The translations under genes and the position numbers were made by a program. 50,722 nt of DNA, taken from Candidatus Moraniibacteriota bacterium (lineage in GTDB: Bacteria; Patescibacteriota; Minisyncoccia; Moranbacterales; UBA2206). Within the stretch, counting starts at the first letter, position 1, and the number at the start of each line of letters is the position of its first letter. The DNA lies in the NCBI GenBank assembly GCA_030645735.1, contig JAUSNP010000004.1, forward strand, positions 76,739 to 127,460, written 5' to 3'. The notes beneath the pieces were generated by a model. The model searched no databases. It was not told where the DNA came from and saw only the letters and a list, made by a program, of their open reading frames with translations. Shown one piece after another: positions 18,006 through 28,951 of the stretch.

Positions 18006-18646
18006 TTTTTTATATACACCACCACATCTAAAATGCTATTTACAATCTCTTTGCCAACTGCTACTTTCTTTGTATTTGAGGCGGCATCGAATGGATTTGG
18101 ATTGATAGCAGACATATCTGGTTCCTTTTTTTCAGAGCTCACGGATATGATATTGACCGTTTTCTTATAATTTTCCAACTTGTGAATAAAATTCAGCAGA
18201 TTGACATAATCACCCTCTATAGCAATCTTCATGGAAAGATAGTTGGCATAGGCTAATTTGGTCTTGATATCGCCCTCATTTCCCTTCTGTTTAGCTGCCG
18301 TTTTGACATCCGCTACATCCTGAATTCGAAATTCAATTTTATTGTTAGTCTCCGCGGCTATAGCCTCGAGTTCCTTGATTAGCTCAACCTCGCTATTTGG
18401 CTCAATAACTATAGTGAAATCGCCTTCATTATCTTTAAATTTATTATAATTTTCTTTCATGCTAGGCACATCCGCCAATCTTTTTTCATTTAACTCTCCA
18501 TCAATTTTTTTCTGTTGAATTTCATCGGCCTTATTATTTATTTTATCTATAATCGGCATACCCACGAAATATAAGAGCGCAAAAACCACCGCCACATAGG
18601 TGCCGATTATTAATTGAATTTTATATATTTTCAAAAAATCTTTCAT
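18002..18646 (-). CDS. pilO: Type IV pilus assembly protein PilO-like
   Basis: TM + coiled coil + IEGDYVNLLNFIHKLEN; start set at the ATG overlapping the pilN stop. Confidence 0.78.
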   Translation of the reverse strand: MKDFLKIYKIQLIIGTYVAVVFALLYFVGMPIIDKINNKADEIQQKKIDGELNEKRLADVPSMKENYNKFKDNEGDFTIVIEPNSEVELIKELEAIAAETNNKIEFRIQDVADVKTAAKQKGNEGDIKTKLAYANYLSMKIAIEGDYVNLLNFIHKLENYKKTVNIISVSSEKKEPDMSAINPNPFDAASNTKKVAVGKEIVNSILDVVVYIKK

Positions 18647-19197
18647 TTGTTTTTTATACATTCCTCTTTTATATCAAACTCTATCTGAAACTCCACATTC
18701 TCCTTTGAGGCTAAATTGGAAAGTGGCAGATTCACATTAGCAAAACAAGGTTCCTGTGCAAGACTGTCCTTCATGGCTATCAAAATATCGCGTGTATCCG
18801 CTATGCCAGCGATTAGCACTTTATAATTCTTGTTTGCTAGCTTATTTACACCCACGCCGTCTGGCATGGCGCTGTTTAATTTATCAAACATCCGTGACCA
18901 ATATAGCTGGTCATTTTGAATTGATTCATCCAGCGTCACCTGCGCATTCACTGTCTTAAAATTACTGTCTAAATTTGTGATGGTTTCATATTTTTCCTTG
19001 CTCTGTTTGCTCTCAAATTCACTGGTTTGCGCATCTAGATTGAACTTCAATAAATAATTCAAACTAAAAAGCAGAGCAAAAAAGACAAGTATAATAACTG
19101 CCAGCTCAATTTCCCATCGCAAAATCAATCTCATTTTACTTGATTGAGCTATTTCATCTTTTCGATATTGCGGGATGAGATTTAATTTAATTTCCAT
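18643..19197 (-). CDS. pilN: Type IV pilus assembly protein PilN-like
   Basis: N-terminal LNLIP, TM, coiled coil, WSRMFDKLNSAMPDGV. Confidence 0.82.
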   Translation of the reverse strand: MEIKLNLIPQYRKDEIAQSSKMRLILRWEIELAVIILVFFALLFSLNYLLKFNLDAQTSEFESKQSKEKYETITNLDSNFKTVNAQVTLDESIQNDQLYWSRMFDKLNSAMPDGVGVNKLANKNYKVLIAGIADTRDILIAMKDSLAQEPCFANVNLPLSNLASKENVEFQIEFDIKEECIKNK

Positions 19198-20266
19198 AAT
19201 TCATTCCCCTGATAGCTAGGCCAATGGCCGTAACATATCGAACGGAGGTTTCCTTATTGATTGTAGGTAAATTATCTTCTGTTTTCAAATTGACCCACGG
19301 GTTGCCCACCAACACTTCTTTTTGAGTTCTTTGATGCAAATATTCCGGCAAACCTTTCATACTTGACCCACCTCCACATAAAATTATTTTGTTTATGCCT
19401 TGCGACCGCCCAGACATCTCACCATAAAAATCCATTGTCTTATTTATTTCCATTACTAAATTTTCTATCAGCGGACTAACAGCGCTAAAAATTGGATTGC
19501 CGTCGCCCGCGTTGGCTATCCCATTGTTAACTTTCACCTTCTCAGCGTCAGCGCTACTTAAATTTAGAGCTTTGCTAATGGCATCATTGATACTTTCTGA
19601 AGAAAATGGAATGCTTGAAGTGAAATATGGCACCACGCCATCAGCGATTATAAAGCTTGTCCTGCGCGCGCCCAAATCTACAATCAATGATATCTCTCCT
19701 TGGACTGCGTTACTATCCACTAAACTCCGAATGCTAGCTATTGATTCAACTTCCAACCCATAGACATCTAGCCCCGCTAATTTCAAGACATTCATCCAGC
19801 TATCTACGATTTCTCTGGAAACTGCCACTGTTAACACCTGCTGTTTATCGTTTTCATCAACTTCCAAAAATTGCCAATCAAAATATACTTCTGCCAAAGA
19901 CATCGGCATATTAGCCTCCATTTCCCACTTGACTGCCTCGCGAGCCTCTTCCTCGCTCATTTTCGGAATAGTAATTATGCGCACAAAGGCTTTCGATTCT
20001 GGCAAAGAACAGATGACTTTGTTAGAATTTATTTTTTTCGCGCTAGCAGATTTCAACACGGACTTAATTGCCTCAGCCACAACATCTAGATTAATTATCC
20101 GCCCATCTTCAATATTACCCAAAGGGATGTCCATTGAGCCATACCCTCGCACCACATCACGGTTACCATCTTTTTCAATTTGAAAAACCTTAACCGAAAG
20201 ATCGCTCAGATCCAACCCAATTATTTTTGGTTCAAAGTTTATTATATTTTTATTGAGAAAGCTCAT
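19187..20266 (-). CDS. pilM: Type IV pilus assembly protein PilM
   Basis: IGLDLSDLSVK, IVDLGARRT, ILCGGGS, TAIGLAIRG; upstream extension is a tandem repeat. Confidence 0.92.
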   Translation of the reverse strand: MSFLNKNIINFEPKIIGLDLSDLSVKVFQIEKDGNRDVVRGYGSMDIPLGNIEDGRIINLDVVAEAIKSVLKSASAKKINSNKVICSLPESKAFVRIITIPKMSEEEAREAVKWEMEANMPMSLAEVYFDWQFLEVDENDKQQVLTVAVSREIVDSWMNVLKLAGLDVYGLEVESIASIRSLVDSNAVQGEISLIVDLGARRTSFIIADGVVPYFTSSIPFSSESINDAISKALNLSSADAEKVKVNNGIANAGDGNPIFSAVSPLIENLVMEINKTMDFYGEMSGRSQGINKIILCGGGSSMKGLPEYLHQRTQKEVLVGNPWVNLKTEDNLPTINKETSVRYVTAIGLAIRGMNYGN

Positions 20267-20326
20267 GACGTGAAACTTAAAACGTGAAACGTAAAACGTT
20301 ATGCGATACACGTTACACGATATACT
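20265..20326. repeat. 7-bp tandem array between the PilX-like gene and pilM
   Basis: ACGTGAA/ACTTAAA/ACGTGAA/ACGTAAA/ACGTTAT/GCGATAC/ACGTTAC/ACGATAT. Confidence 0.75.
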
Positions 20327-20328
20327 TA

Positions 20329-21762
20329 TTATAGCTCATCCCACAGATCTATGGAATACTCTGTGCCAGTTGGAAAATATGGCGGCGGATAATATAATAA
20401 ATTATTATCAAAATTTAAAACGCGCGTAGTATAGCCAGTTCCATCCGTATAAGCGAAGCCGTAGCGCAAATTAGTGGCGATTGAACCATTGACCGTGATA
20501 GAGTTTTTATGATTGCCAGAATAATAATCTCGTCCAACGCGACCAGACTGTGCCAAAAGCGCCGCATCGATAGTTAAATTTGTTTGACTGTTTAGTACAA
20601 CACTGACATTTTGCTGGGCAATCAGCCCGATTATATCTTTGCCGTCAAAATTAGTGTACACAAGATTATTGTCTCCAATATAAATATTGGCCTTGGTACC
20701 ACCAATAAGATTAGCGGCTACAATAGTTACCCTTGAATTATTCACGGTCCCTTCCACCCAAATATTATCTTCCACAAAGATCACGCCGTTAGTCGGCATG
20801 ACATAATTTTTTAGACATTGTCCGCTACAAGTATCACAAGTTCCGCCACCCGAAGTTCTCTTATATTTAGAAATGCTATATGACGAAGAACTATACGTAT
20901 CTACTGTACATACATCAAAAGTGCCATTATTCTTAAGGATGATTCTCCTGCCTCCGCCAGTTTGATCAAAATATAATCCATGCCCAGCAATTTTGGATTC
21001 TGTTTTTATATTATTCAGGTCAGAGAGAATCCCATTGAAATCGATTACTGGCAACGGAAATTGCCGCCCAGCTTGAAAAACATCTGCCCGTTGCGGAACT
21101 GCGTTTGGTGGCAACGAATCTGTCGGAGAAATGTGTGTATGCACGCCAAATTCATTTCCACCAGAATGATCTGGATCATCATATTTGTCCATTGAACTGC
21201 TTACGATATTATGCGCTACACCATCGAAGCGAATGCCGTTATTCGAATGAATTTTGCCATAAACTTCCGTGCCTGCGCCAAACCTCATAACATCATTAGC
21301 CGCCACTGCAAACTCACTCCAAGAAGGTCGGCGAAATCTGGCCTGCACCACTCTCTTCACATCTGGATCTTTGTATGTCCAGCCGGTTGATTTCACCATC
21401 ACGATTGTTGAATCTAAATCAGGCGCATCAACTTGAATCTTATATTTACCAATCGCCCCGCCCTCTGGGTCAAAAAATTCAGCTTCATACGGAGTGTTCA
21501 CGCCATAGGGATTGCCACTCTGCCAAAAAGTTTTTATTTGCTGAGCAGTTTTTCCGGATACTTGATGCGCAAGATACCATCGATAAAAGTATATTCCAGC
21601 TTCAGCCACTTGAAAAGATTGCTCCTTTTCACTGCGATAAAAACTAAAATTCAATTGCGAAGTGATATACCGCAAAAGAGAGGTTGAAATGATGGCCACA
21701 ATCGCCATGATAACTAAGGCATAAGCCAACACCGATCCTTTTTTGTTGTTTTTTATAATCAT
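20329..21762 (-). CDS. PilX/GspK-like minor pilin
   Basis: Class III signal KKG|SVLAYALV without Glu5, followed by a beta-rich domain. Confidence 0.8.
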   Translation of the reverse strand: MIIKNNKKGSVLAYALVIMAIVAIISTSLLRYITSQLNFSFYRSEKEQSFQVAEAGIYFYRWYLAHQVSGKTAQQIKTFWQSGNPYGVNTPYEAEFFDPEGGAIGKYKIQVDAPDLDSTIVMVKSTGWTYKDPDVKRVVQARFRRPSWSEFAVAANDVMRFGAGTEVYGKIHSNNGIRFDGVAHNIVSSSMDKYDDPDHSGGNEFGVHTHISPTDSLPPNAVPQRADVFQAGRQFPLPVIDFNGILSDLNNIKTESKIAGHGLYFDQTGGGRRIILKNNGTFDVCTVDTYSSSSYSISKYKRTSGGGTCDTCSGQCLKNYVMPTNGVIFVEDNIWVEGTVNNSRVTIVAANLIGGTKANIYIGDNNLVYTNFDGKDIIGLIAQQNVSVVLNSQTNLTIDAALLAQSGRVGRDYYSGNHKNSITVNGSIATNLRYGFAYTDGTGYTTRVLNFDNNLLYYPPPYFPTGTEYSIDLWDEL

Positions 21763-21763
21763 A

Positions 21764-22399
21764 TTATTTCATTCGATCGTAATCATTTAAATTGCGAAAT
21801 TCTACAAATGATTGGGTCTCAATGCTATCTGGATCGCGATTTGGATCAATATTTATCTTCAAATAAATCTTAACTAATCGAATAGTCGAAACATCTACAG
21901 GCATCGCCACAGGATTGTGTGTCGTGTCTCCAGGATAACTGCTGTTATAATAATAGAAAATTGGTTCACTGCCAGAATTAACAATATTTTCTGCTAAAAT
22001 TTTTGTCTGCTGGTCGCCCGTTGGATATGATTTTGGAATCCCACTAGTTGGATCCGTAATCCCCATTTTTATTTGACGATTTTGAAAATATAAATGCAAT
22101 CTCTCGGTGATGCCATCCTTGTCGTAATCAGAAAACACCACCAAATCCGTTCCCGTAGCTGATTTTATCGGATAGGAGCCATCATCTGCTTGCCTAACTT
22201 TTCGTAGATAACCCACCATGGTGTTTATTCCTTGCGAAACAGCAAAAGAAGACTGGCCCATTTCGACGGTATATGAATTTACTTTCCAGCTTCGAATAAA
22301 AAGCGTCGTGAAGCCAGCCATAGCAACTGTTAAAATTGCGATGGCTACCAACATTTCAACCAGACTCATGCCAGAATAATTTTTTATTTCTTTTTTCAT
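21764..22399 (-). CDS. PilW-like minor pilin
   Basis: Prepilin motif SG|MSLVEMLVAI. Confidence 0.85.
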   Translation of the reverse strand: MKKEIKNYSGMSLVEMLVAIAILTVAMAGFTTLFIRSWKVNSYTVEMGQSSFAVSQGINTMVGYLRKVRQADDGSYPIKSATGTDLVVFSDYDKDGITERLHLYFQNRQIKMGITDPTSGIPKSYPTGDQQTKILAENIVNSGSEPIFYYYNSSYPGDTTHNPVAMPVDVSTIRLVKIYLKINIDPNRDPDSIETQSFVEFRNLNDYDRMK

Positions 22400-22403
22400 A
22401 TAA

Positions 22404-23798
22404 CTAATTAGCTACCATCTTTGCTTGTTGTGTAATCAATGTGTCTGAATTCACATCCACTGTTGCAGTATAATCGCTAAACCCTGTTGCAGTCACTCTC
22501 AAATCGTATGTCCCAATCGCCAGTGGCGTCGCTGAATTCGGGAAAAAAACTGCCCCATTTTTAGGTGTTGCTTGCATTTCGCTATAACCTGTTGAGTTTG
22601 ATAGTGTAACTTCAGCGCCTCCTATCAAAGTGTTGTCCGAGTCCTTGACTACCTGTACAATCAAGGAATTAACATTATTATTAGCAAATCTCATCGTGAC
22701 ATCTTCAGCATCGCCAAATAGTTTTGATATTGTATAAATATTAGTAGCCAAATCAAGGCTCACAAAATCAGTTAATCCGATTAATGTATAGTCTGCCTTA
22801 GTTATACTAGAGATAAAAAATTGTCCAGGACTCACATCACCAAAATCAACTTCACCATTAGAGTTCGTTGTTTTATCAGCAACCAAATTATATGTCGGTT
22901 TAGCTGGAGAATACATCATATCTGAACCCAAAATCCTACCTCCCTCTATGCTAAAATTGACACCTGGCAATTTGACTCCTTGTGTATCAACGGTGACAAT
23001 TTTTAAGCTTGCTAGCTTGTCTTGCACAATACTTTTCATATTCAACATTCCATCCACTACCGAAGCGGGCGTGTCTGTAACTGAATAGGAAACTGTATCA
23101 GGATTGATTGTTTCAACAGTTTCATAGCCATTTTTTGTAACAGTAATGTTATATCCCTGAATTGATTGCTTGGCTCCTGGCAACATCAAATTTCCAGTGT
23201 TATCAGTCATCGCTGTCACATTGACTGTTGGCGAGATCGATGAATTAGTGATGTGCACTGAGGCCTGTGGCACGCCGATTCCATCACTGCCCATAATATT
23301 CACTGCTAATGTTCCGCCCGAAGCGCTCTGCTCTATCCCTGCAGGTACAAATCGTGCCACCAAAAACATAGTACTATCAACATCTTTGACTCCCTTCCAA
23401 GAAACAGTCACTTTGACGCGTTTATAGTCATTAGGGATTGCATCTGTTGGCAAAACACCGTCAAACGGGTCATCCACGAATTGCACAAAAGTTTTCACAT
23501 GATAAGTGTGCTTACTTTCAGTCACATCTTCCTCCGCCACAAGGCTTCCGCTTGGGATTCCACCCACGATTCCGATATCATCATATTTCAAATTTCTAAT
23601 AATCTCCATCCTTTCATTCGCCAGTGCTACCGCCCCCAAACGATTTTTTGATTCAATAATAAATCTAGTGCCTAATGAAAAAATTGAATAAAAAGTCACA
23701 GTAATCAAAGAAAAGATAAACAAAACCGTCAAAGCCTCAATGAGCGTAAAGCCTTGATTTTTCGAAACTAACAATAAATTTTGATGTCCTTTCTTCAT
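22404..23798 (-). CDS. Large minor pilin (PilV-like) with C-terminal carboxypeptidase-regulatory-like Ig repeats
   Basis: QG|FTLIEALTV; repeated GVPQASVHI / TDNTG / YNITVTKNGY modules; start set at MKKGHQN. Confidence 0.82.
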   Translation of the reverse strand: MKKGHQNLLLVSKNQGFTLIEALTVLFIFSLITVTFYSIFSLGTRFIIESKNRLGAVALANERMEIIRNLKYDDIGIVGGIPSGSLVAEEDVTESKHTYHVKTFVQFVDDPFDGVLPTDAIPNDYKRVKVTVSWKGVKDVDSTMFLVARFVPAGIEQSASGGTLAVNIMGSDGIGVPQASVHITNSSISPTVNVTAMTDNTGNLMLPGAKQSIQGYNITVTKNGYETVETINPDTVSYSVTDTPASVVDGMLNMKSIVQDKLASLKIVTVDTQGVKLPGVNFSIEGGRILGSDMMYSPAKPTYNLVADKTTNSNGEVDFGDVSPGQFFISSITKADYTLIGLTDFVSLDLATNIYTISKLFGDAEDVTMRFANNNVNSLIVQVVKDSDNTLIGGAEVTLSNSTGYSEMQATPKNGAVFFPNSATPLAIGTYDLRVTATGFSDYTATVDVNSDTLITQQAKMVAN

Positions 23799-23850
23799 TA
23801 AAAATATCTTCTTTAAAAAATCAGTGAAATCAAGTGCGGTCATGTGCTAA

Positions 23851-23880
23851 CCTGCCTTCGCTAAGCTACGGTAAGGCAAG
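23851..23880. repeat. Short imperfect GC-rich palindrome (REP-like)
   Basis: CCTGCCTTCGCTAAGCTACGGTAAGGCAAG between pilC and the pilin gene. Confidence 0.55.
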
Positions 23881-23896
23881 GTCAGTAGTTCTGATT

Positions 23897-25117
23897 TTAC
23901 TTTATGTTTTCCAACACGCTATACATTGGCTGTAAAATTGAAACAGCAAAAAAACCGACTACCGTTCCAATTAGCAACATCAGGACTGGCTCAATAATAG
24001 AGGATAAATTTTTGGTTATTTGGTCAACTTCTTCTTCATAAAATTCCGCCAACTTGCCCAAAACAGCCTCAGTTTTTCCTGTTTCCTCGCCCACTTCAAT
24101 CATCTGTGAGACTAGCACTGGAAAAATCTTTTTTTCTTCCCCAATAATCTTGCTCAAATTAACACCCTTTTGCACTTCACCGATTGAGTGCGTGAAAGCC
24201 CGCTTATAATAAAAATTAGTCAGAGTTCTCGAAATTATCCGCAAAGCTTCAACCACTGAAACACCACTTTTCAAAAGTGAGCTATAAATTCGAGCAAATC
24301 TAGCGCAATTAACTTTGATTACAATATTTTTTATAACTGGAATATTCAGCAATATTATTCCCAATATCTTCTTGCCAGCGTCAGTCGATAATAAAAACTT
24401 AATTCCGATTCCAAAAATAGGAAACAAGAAAATTAGCACATACCAATAATCACGAATCACATTGCTTGAATCAATAATAAATTGCGTTGAGGCTGGCAAA
24501 GTAGCATTCAAATCTTTAAATACGCTCGTAATTTGCGGCACAACATAAACCATCATCACGATACCAACTAATCCCATCGCCACCAAAATTACACTCGGAT
24601 ACACCAAAGCGCCTCTAACTTTTTTTATCAGCTCATGATCTTTTTCCAATTGCAAAGCCAAGATATTCAACACCTCTTCCAAACTTCCACTTACCTCTCC
24701 CACCCGAATCATATTGACAAACAGATCATCAAAAGTCCCTGGGAACTTGGCTAAACTATCAGCAAAACTAGCTCCTGTTTGAATGTCCTCGCTCACATGG
24801 TTAAGCACCTCGATAAATTTTTTATTTGCGGTTTGTGCGGTTATATTCTGCAAAGAGCGTGACAGTGGCAGCCCAGAAGAAATCATAACACTCAAGTTTT
24901 TAGCAAACATCATCTTTTCTGCCACAGAAATGCCAGAAAATCTATCCATAAATTTGATTTGGATAGCCTGGCCATCTTCGCTTTTCAATTCCTTAAATGA
25001 TGTCAACACAAAACCATCCGCGCGCAATTGCGAAGCTAGCTCTCTCTCATCATTCACTTTCATTTCACCACTTTTAGTTTCACCTGAGAAACTTTTGGCA
25101 GTATAAAAAATATCCAT
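23897..25117 (-). CDS. pilC: Type IV pilus platform protein PilC (T2SSF family)
   Basis: Two T2SSF repeats (VGEVSGSL, VGEETGK), ALVYP, IIEP. Confidence 0.95.
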   Translation of the reverse strand: MDIFYTAKSFSGETKSGEMKVNDERELASQLRADGFVLTSFKELKSEDGQAIQIKFMDRFSGISVAEKMMFAKNLSVMISSGLPLSRSLQNITAQTANKKFIEVLNHVSEDIQTGASFADSLAKFPGTFDDLFVNMIRVGEVSGSLEEVLNILALQLEKDHELIKKVRGALVYPSVILVAMGLVGIVMMVYVVPQITSVFKDLNATLPASTQFIIDSSNVIRDYWYVLIFLFPIFGIGIKFLLSTDAGKKILGIILLNIPVIKNIVIKVNCARFARIYSSLLKSGVSVVEALRIISRTLTNFYYKRAFTHSIGEVQKGVNLSKIIGEEKKIFPVLVSQMIEVGEETGKTEAVLGKLAEFYEEEVDQITKNLSSIIEPVLMLLIGTVVGFFAVSILQPMYSVLENIK

Positions 25118-25231
25118 GATGTTATAAATCTCTAATTAATAACTAATTTTACCCTAATTTTCCCTAATCTTTTTTAAAAAAATTTGCGAATATTCGTGAC
25201 TTGATTCGAGACTGATTCGTGATTTATATCA

Positions 25232-26977
25232 TTATTCTTTGGTTACTCTCAATATTTCCTCAACTGAGGTTATTCCACTAACCGCCTTCACAAAGCCATC
25301 TTCCACCATCGTCAACATGCCTTTTTCGCGCGCTCTTTTTTCCATTTCTTCCGTAGGTGTTTTTTGTGAAATCATTTTTTCAATTTCATCATCAACTTCC
25401 AAAACTTCATAAATTCCACTTCGGCCTTTGTAGCCCTCGTTATGGCATTGCTCACAGCCAACAGATTTATATAATTTTATATCTTCCCATTTGGCATTTT
25501 TATCGATTGAGTCTTTTAATAATTCATTTTTCTTAATAACTTCCAGCAGTGACGGCATATCATAACTTTCACCCAGCGCCTCCAACTCTCCAGATGTCAT
25601 CTGATATTCTTTTTTACAATCCTGGCAAAGTTTTCTAACCAAGCGTTGCGCAATGATCACATTCACGGTAGAAGCCACCATAAACGCTTCAGCGCCCATA
25701 TCGATGATTCGGGGTAGGGTAGCCGCGGCACTGTTGGTATGCAAGGTAGATAAAACGAGATGTCCAGTCAACGCCGCATGAATCGCCATTTCCAAAGTCT
25801 CCTGATCTCGAATTTCTCCAACCATTATAATATCTGGGTCTTGACGCAAAAGCGAACGCAAGCCAGCCGCAAAAGTCAGACCAACCTTAGTATAAATCTG
25901 CGTTTGATTGACTCTGGGCATTCGATATTCTACTGGGTCTTCAACTGTACTAATATTGACTTCCGGCGTATTCAAAATATCCATAATTGTATACAGCGTG
26001 GTGGTTTTCCCTGACCCAGTCGGGCCTGTTACCAGAATCATGCCATTGGGTTTTTTGATTTGTCGATGGATGATTTCCAGCCCTAAGCCAGTCATTCCCA
26101 TTTTTTCCAAGGTCAGTCCCTTGCTATTTTCATTCAAAAGACGCATTACGATTTTCTCGCCATCAAAAATTGGCAGGATGCTGACACGAAAAGAAATCTT
26201 CAAATCATCTTTTTCAATTTTAAACCGACCGTCCTGCGGAACGCGATGTTCATCTAGTTTCAAATTAGACAACACTTTGATTCTAGCAATGATCCCGTGC
26301 TTAACCTGCTTCGGCAGGGTCATTGCGTCATGCAAAATTCCGTCAATGCGATAGCGCACGCGCACTTCTTTTTCATCTGGCTCAATATGAACATCACTAG
26401 CGCCCTGCAGAATTGCATGTTTGATTAGCGTATCAACAATTCTAATTATTGGCAGACCCTGTGCGACTTTTTCCAAGTCTTCTTTTTCATCCCCATCAAC
26501 TTGTGAAGAATTTTTTTCAATAATATCTCCGAATTCCGCCTTCAAACTCTTAGCATATTGCTTTAAAATAATGTTGATACTATCTTCTGAAGTTAAGCAA
26601 GTAACTATTTTTAGGCCAGTTTTTTTGCGGATAAAATCCACTGTCTGAATATCCTCGGGATTTAACATGGCAATCTTCAACTCCGATCCACTCTTTTCAA
26701 AGGCCACGATTTTATATTTCTTGGCAATCGGTTCTGGCACAATTTGCAAAATATCTGTAGGAATGATTTCTTTCGTTAAATCAACAAACGGCACGCCCAG
26801 GATATAAGCATATAGCTCACGCAATTTCACCTCATCAATCAGTTTTTTCTCCAACAAGACCTCGCCTAATATTTTGGCGCTGTCTTGAGATTCTTTGTAT
26901 GCCAATTCAAGATCCTCAAGCTTGATTAGCTCAGAATCTTTAATAAATTCATATAGTTGTTTATTTTCAATCCGCAT
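25232..26977 (-). CDS. pilB: Type IV pilus extension ATPase PilB
   Basis: ASDVHIEP, GPTGSGKTTTLY, LRQDPDIIMVGEIRD, TGHLVLSTLHTN, two CxxC. Confidence 0.95.
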   Translation of the reverse strand: MRIENKQLYEFIKDSELIKLEDLELAYKESQDSAKILGEVLLEKKLIDEVKLRELYAYILGVPFVDLTKEIIPTDILQIVPEPIAKKYKIVAFEKSGSELKIAMLNPEDIQTVDFIRKKTGLKIVTCLTSEDSINIILKQYAKSLKAEFGDIIEKNSSQVDGDEKEDLEKVAQGLPIIRIVDTLIKHAILQGASDVHIEPDEKEVRVRYRIDGILHDAMTLPKQVKHGIIARIKVLSNLKLDEHRVPQDGRFKIEKDDLKISFRVSILPIFDGEKIVMRLLNENSKGLTLEKMGMTGLGLEIIHRQIKKPNGMILVTGPTGSGKTTTLYTIMDILNTPEVNISTVEDPVEYRMPRVNQTQIYTKVGLTFAAGLRSLLRQDPDIIMVGEIRDQETLEMAIHAALTGHLVLSTLHTNSAAATLPRIIDMGAEAFMVASTVNVIIAQRLVRKLCQDCKKEYQMTSGELEALGESYDMPSLLEVIKKNELLKDSIDKNAKWEDIKLYKSVGCEQCHNEGYKGRSGIYEVLEVDDEIEKMISQKTPTEEMEKRAREKGMLTMVEDGFVKAVSGITSVEEILRVTKE

Positions 26978-27024
26978 ATCTTTTTGATTTTTGTATTTTC
27001 GTAGGACTTGTATTTTTGTAGGTC

Positions 27025-27396
27025 CTAAATTTTCAACATTTCCTTTATTTTTCCCACTATCTCCTCCAGTTTATAATTTGATTTGACTAAATAGGTATTA
27101 ACACCCAGACTGAAAGCTTTATCTACATCATCCGCACTCTCCAAATTTGTCAGCAATATCACGGGAATTTTAGCCCACATTTCATCCGCCTTGATTTCAG
27201 CTAAAACTTCAAAGCCATCTTTTTTTGGCAAAACAATATCTAATAAAATCAAATCTGGTTTCTCACTTTTAACCTTCCGCATTGCTTCTTCTCCGTCTGA
27301 AGCCACCGCGACAGTAAAATGTTCTGCCAACAAAAATTCCTTCATCGCATTTTGCAACGAACTTTCATCCTCAACAACTAAGATTTTTTTGTCCAT
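27025..27396 (-). CDS. Stand-alone response regulator receiver
   Basis: VVEDE, PDLILLD, LTN, YLVK; no output domain. Confidence 0.93.
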   Translation of the reverse strand: MDKKILVVEDESSLQNAMKEFLLAEHFTVAVASDGEEAMRKVKSEKPDLILLDIVLPKKDGFEVLAEIKADEMWAKIPVILLTNLESADDVDKAFSLGVNTYLVKSNYKLEEIVGKIKEMLKI

Positions 27397-27416
27397 AAAA
27401 TTATCGACTTAATCAA

Positions 27417-28352
27417 TTAGACTAACGGCAAAGAAAAGCTAAACACTGAGCCGATTTCTTCAATTGATTGGAACCAAATTCGTCCGCCCAGTTGCTCCAC
27501 GATGTTTTTAGCAATATATAGTCCTAGACCAGTCCCTTCCGTTTGATATTTGACCGCGTTATCACTGCGAAAAAACTTGCTGAAAACTTGCTCCTGCTGT
27601 TCTTTGGGAATTCCCACGCCGTTATCTCGGATAGTGAACACCAGAAAGCCTTCATTCACGGCCAGCCCAATTTCAATTTTGCCTCGATTAGGCGTGTATT
27701 TTATCGAATTGCTAAGCAGATTTTCCAGAACCAATTTTATCTTTTCTTTATCCGCTACGACTATTGATTTTTTATTCTTTTTGTTTACTATGATATGCAA
27801 ATTTTTAACTTTTGCCAATGGCAAAAAATTACTAATCGTTTCATCCACAATTTTCACCATATCAATTTTTTCTTTTTTCAAAATCAACCGACCTTGATCA
27901 ATTCTAGTTACATCTAAAAGATCGTTGACTAACCTAGTCATACGCGTAGCCAGAGTGTTGATTGTTTCAATTCCTTTGCATTGTTTGGCATCCAATCCAC
28001 AGCTGAATTTTGACAACAAAAGCTCTGTTTCCCAGCGAATAGCTGAAAGTGGGGTGCGCAATTGATGCGAGGCCACGGAAACAAATTCTGTTTTCATCTT
28101 GTTGAGCTTGGCCATTTCTTCAACCTGCCGAATGATGGAATTTCCAATAATAAGGATGATTGAAACCACCAGACTTTCAGCGCCAATCAAGACTTCGGGT
28201 TGATCATATATTTGCGAAACAAAATAGGTTGCCGTCATCGCTGCAATAATAACCAACCCCATAACGATGAGCAGGAAACTTGGGGTTTTCCAAACACTCA
28301 CGCCCAGCTCCTCCGCCTGTTTTTTTAAGTCAAAATCATTTACTATTTCCAT
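27417..28352 (-). CDS. Membrane histidine kinase (HisKA + HATPase_c)
   Basis: Two TMs, ASHQLRTPL, NLLSNSIKY, DNGVGIP, GTGLGL. Confidence 0.95.
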   Translation of the reverse strand: MEIVNDFDLKKQAEELGVSVWKTPSFLLIVMGLVIIAAMTATYFVSQIYDQPEVLIGAESLVVSIILIIGNSIIRQVEEMAKLNKMKTEFVSVASHQLRTPLSAIRWETELLLSKFSCGLDAKQCKGIETINTLATRMTRLVNDLLDVTRIDQGRLILKKEKIDMVKIVDETISNFLPLAKVKNLHIIVNKKNKKSIVVADKEKIKLVLENLLSNSIKYTPNRGKIEIGLAVNEGFLVFTIRDNGVGIPKEQQEQVFSKFFRSDNAVKYQTEGTGLGLYIAKNIVEQLGGRIWFQSIEEIGSVFSFSLPLV

Positions 28353-28487
28353 TTTTTATATTTGTTATTTTAAAATTTTATTTTTATTTCCTACCAATAT
28401 TATAGCACAAAAAATGATTTTTTGTAACAAAAAACAATCCGCTATGGCGGATTGCTTCATTTCTAATATTCTGAAATTTTCAGTGGT

Positions 28488-28919
28488 CTACAGCAGCGTA
28501 ATTGTCGTCGCCAAATTGGTCTCTTTTTCAAAATGAACATAAGCTTTCATGCCAACCTTGATTTCGGAAATCTTCTTATTAGACATGGTGTTGTTAATTT
28601 GGGCAATGACAAAAGTCTTGCCATCCTCCATAGGCATCACCTTGGCGGTGCCATCCTCAGCTTTGATAGTAATGGATTTGGCATCGATTTTTTCTACCGT
28701 GCCAGTGATATTGTCATTCATAATTGCTTTGATTTCTGCAGGAATCGCATTGGGATCTTTTTCAACCACGACATCCTGTTTTGGCGCAACTGCAACTGGA
28801 GCTGGTGCGACCGGAGCAATTTCCGGATTAAACGTCTTTTGCGCTAAGAAATAGAAACCAACCAAGAAAGCTCCAAACAATACAACTGCGAAAATTATGA
28901 TTGATTTTTTATTTAACAT
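28488..28919 (-). CDS. Membrane-anchored hypothetical protein with a small beta domain
   Basis: N-terminal TM, Pro/Ala linker, ITGTVEKID...ISEIKVG. Confidence 0.75.
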   Translation of the reverse strand: MLNKKSIIIFAVVLFGAFLVGFYFLAQKTFNPEIAPVAPAPVAVAPKQDVVVEKDPNAIPAEIKAIMNDNITGTVEKIDAKSITIKAEDGTAKVMPMEDGKTFVIAQINNTMSNKKISEIKVGMKAYVHFEKETNLATTITLL

Positions 28920-28951
28920 TTTTTTGTTTTAATTTAATTATTTTTACTTTT

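Noticed and set aside
20267..20311. N-terminal extensions of pilM (MYRITFYVSRFKFHV) and of the large pilin (23799-23843)
   Set aside because: Both read through tandem-repeat DNA; downstream ATGs give normal N-termini.
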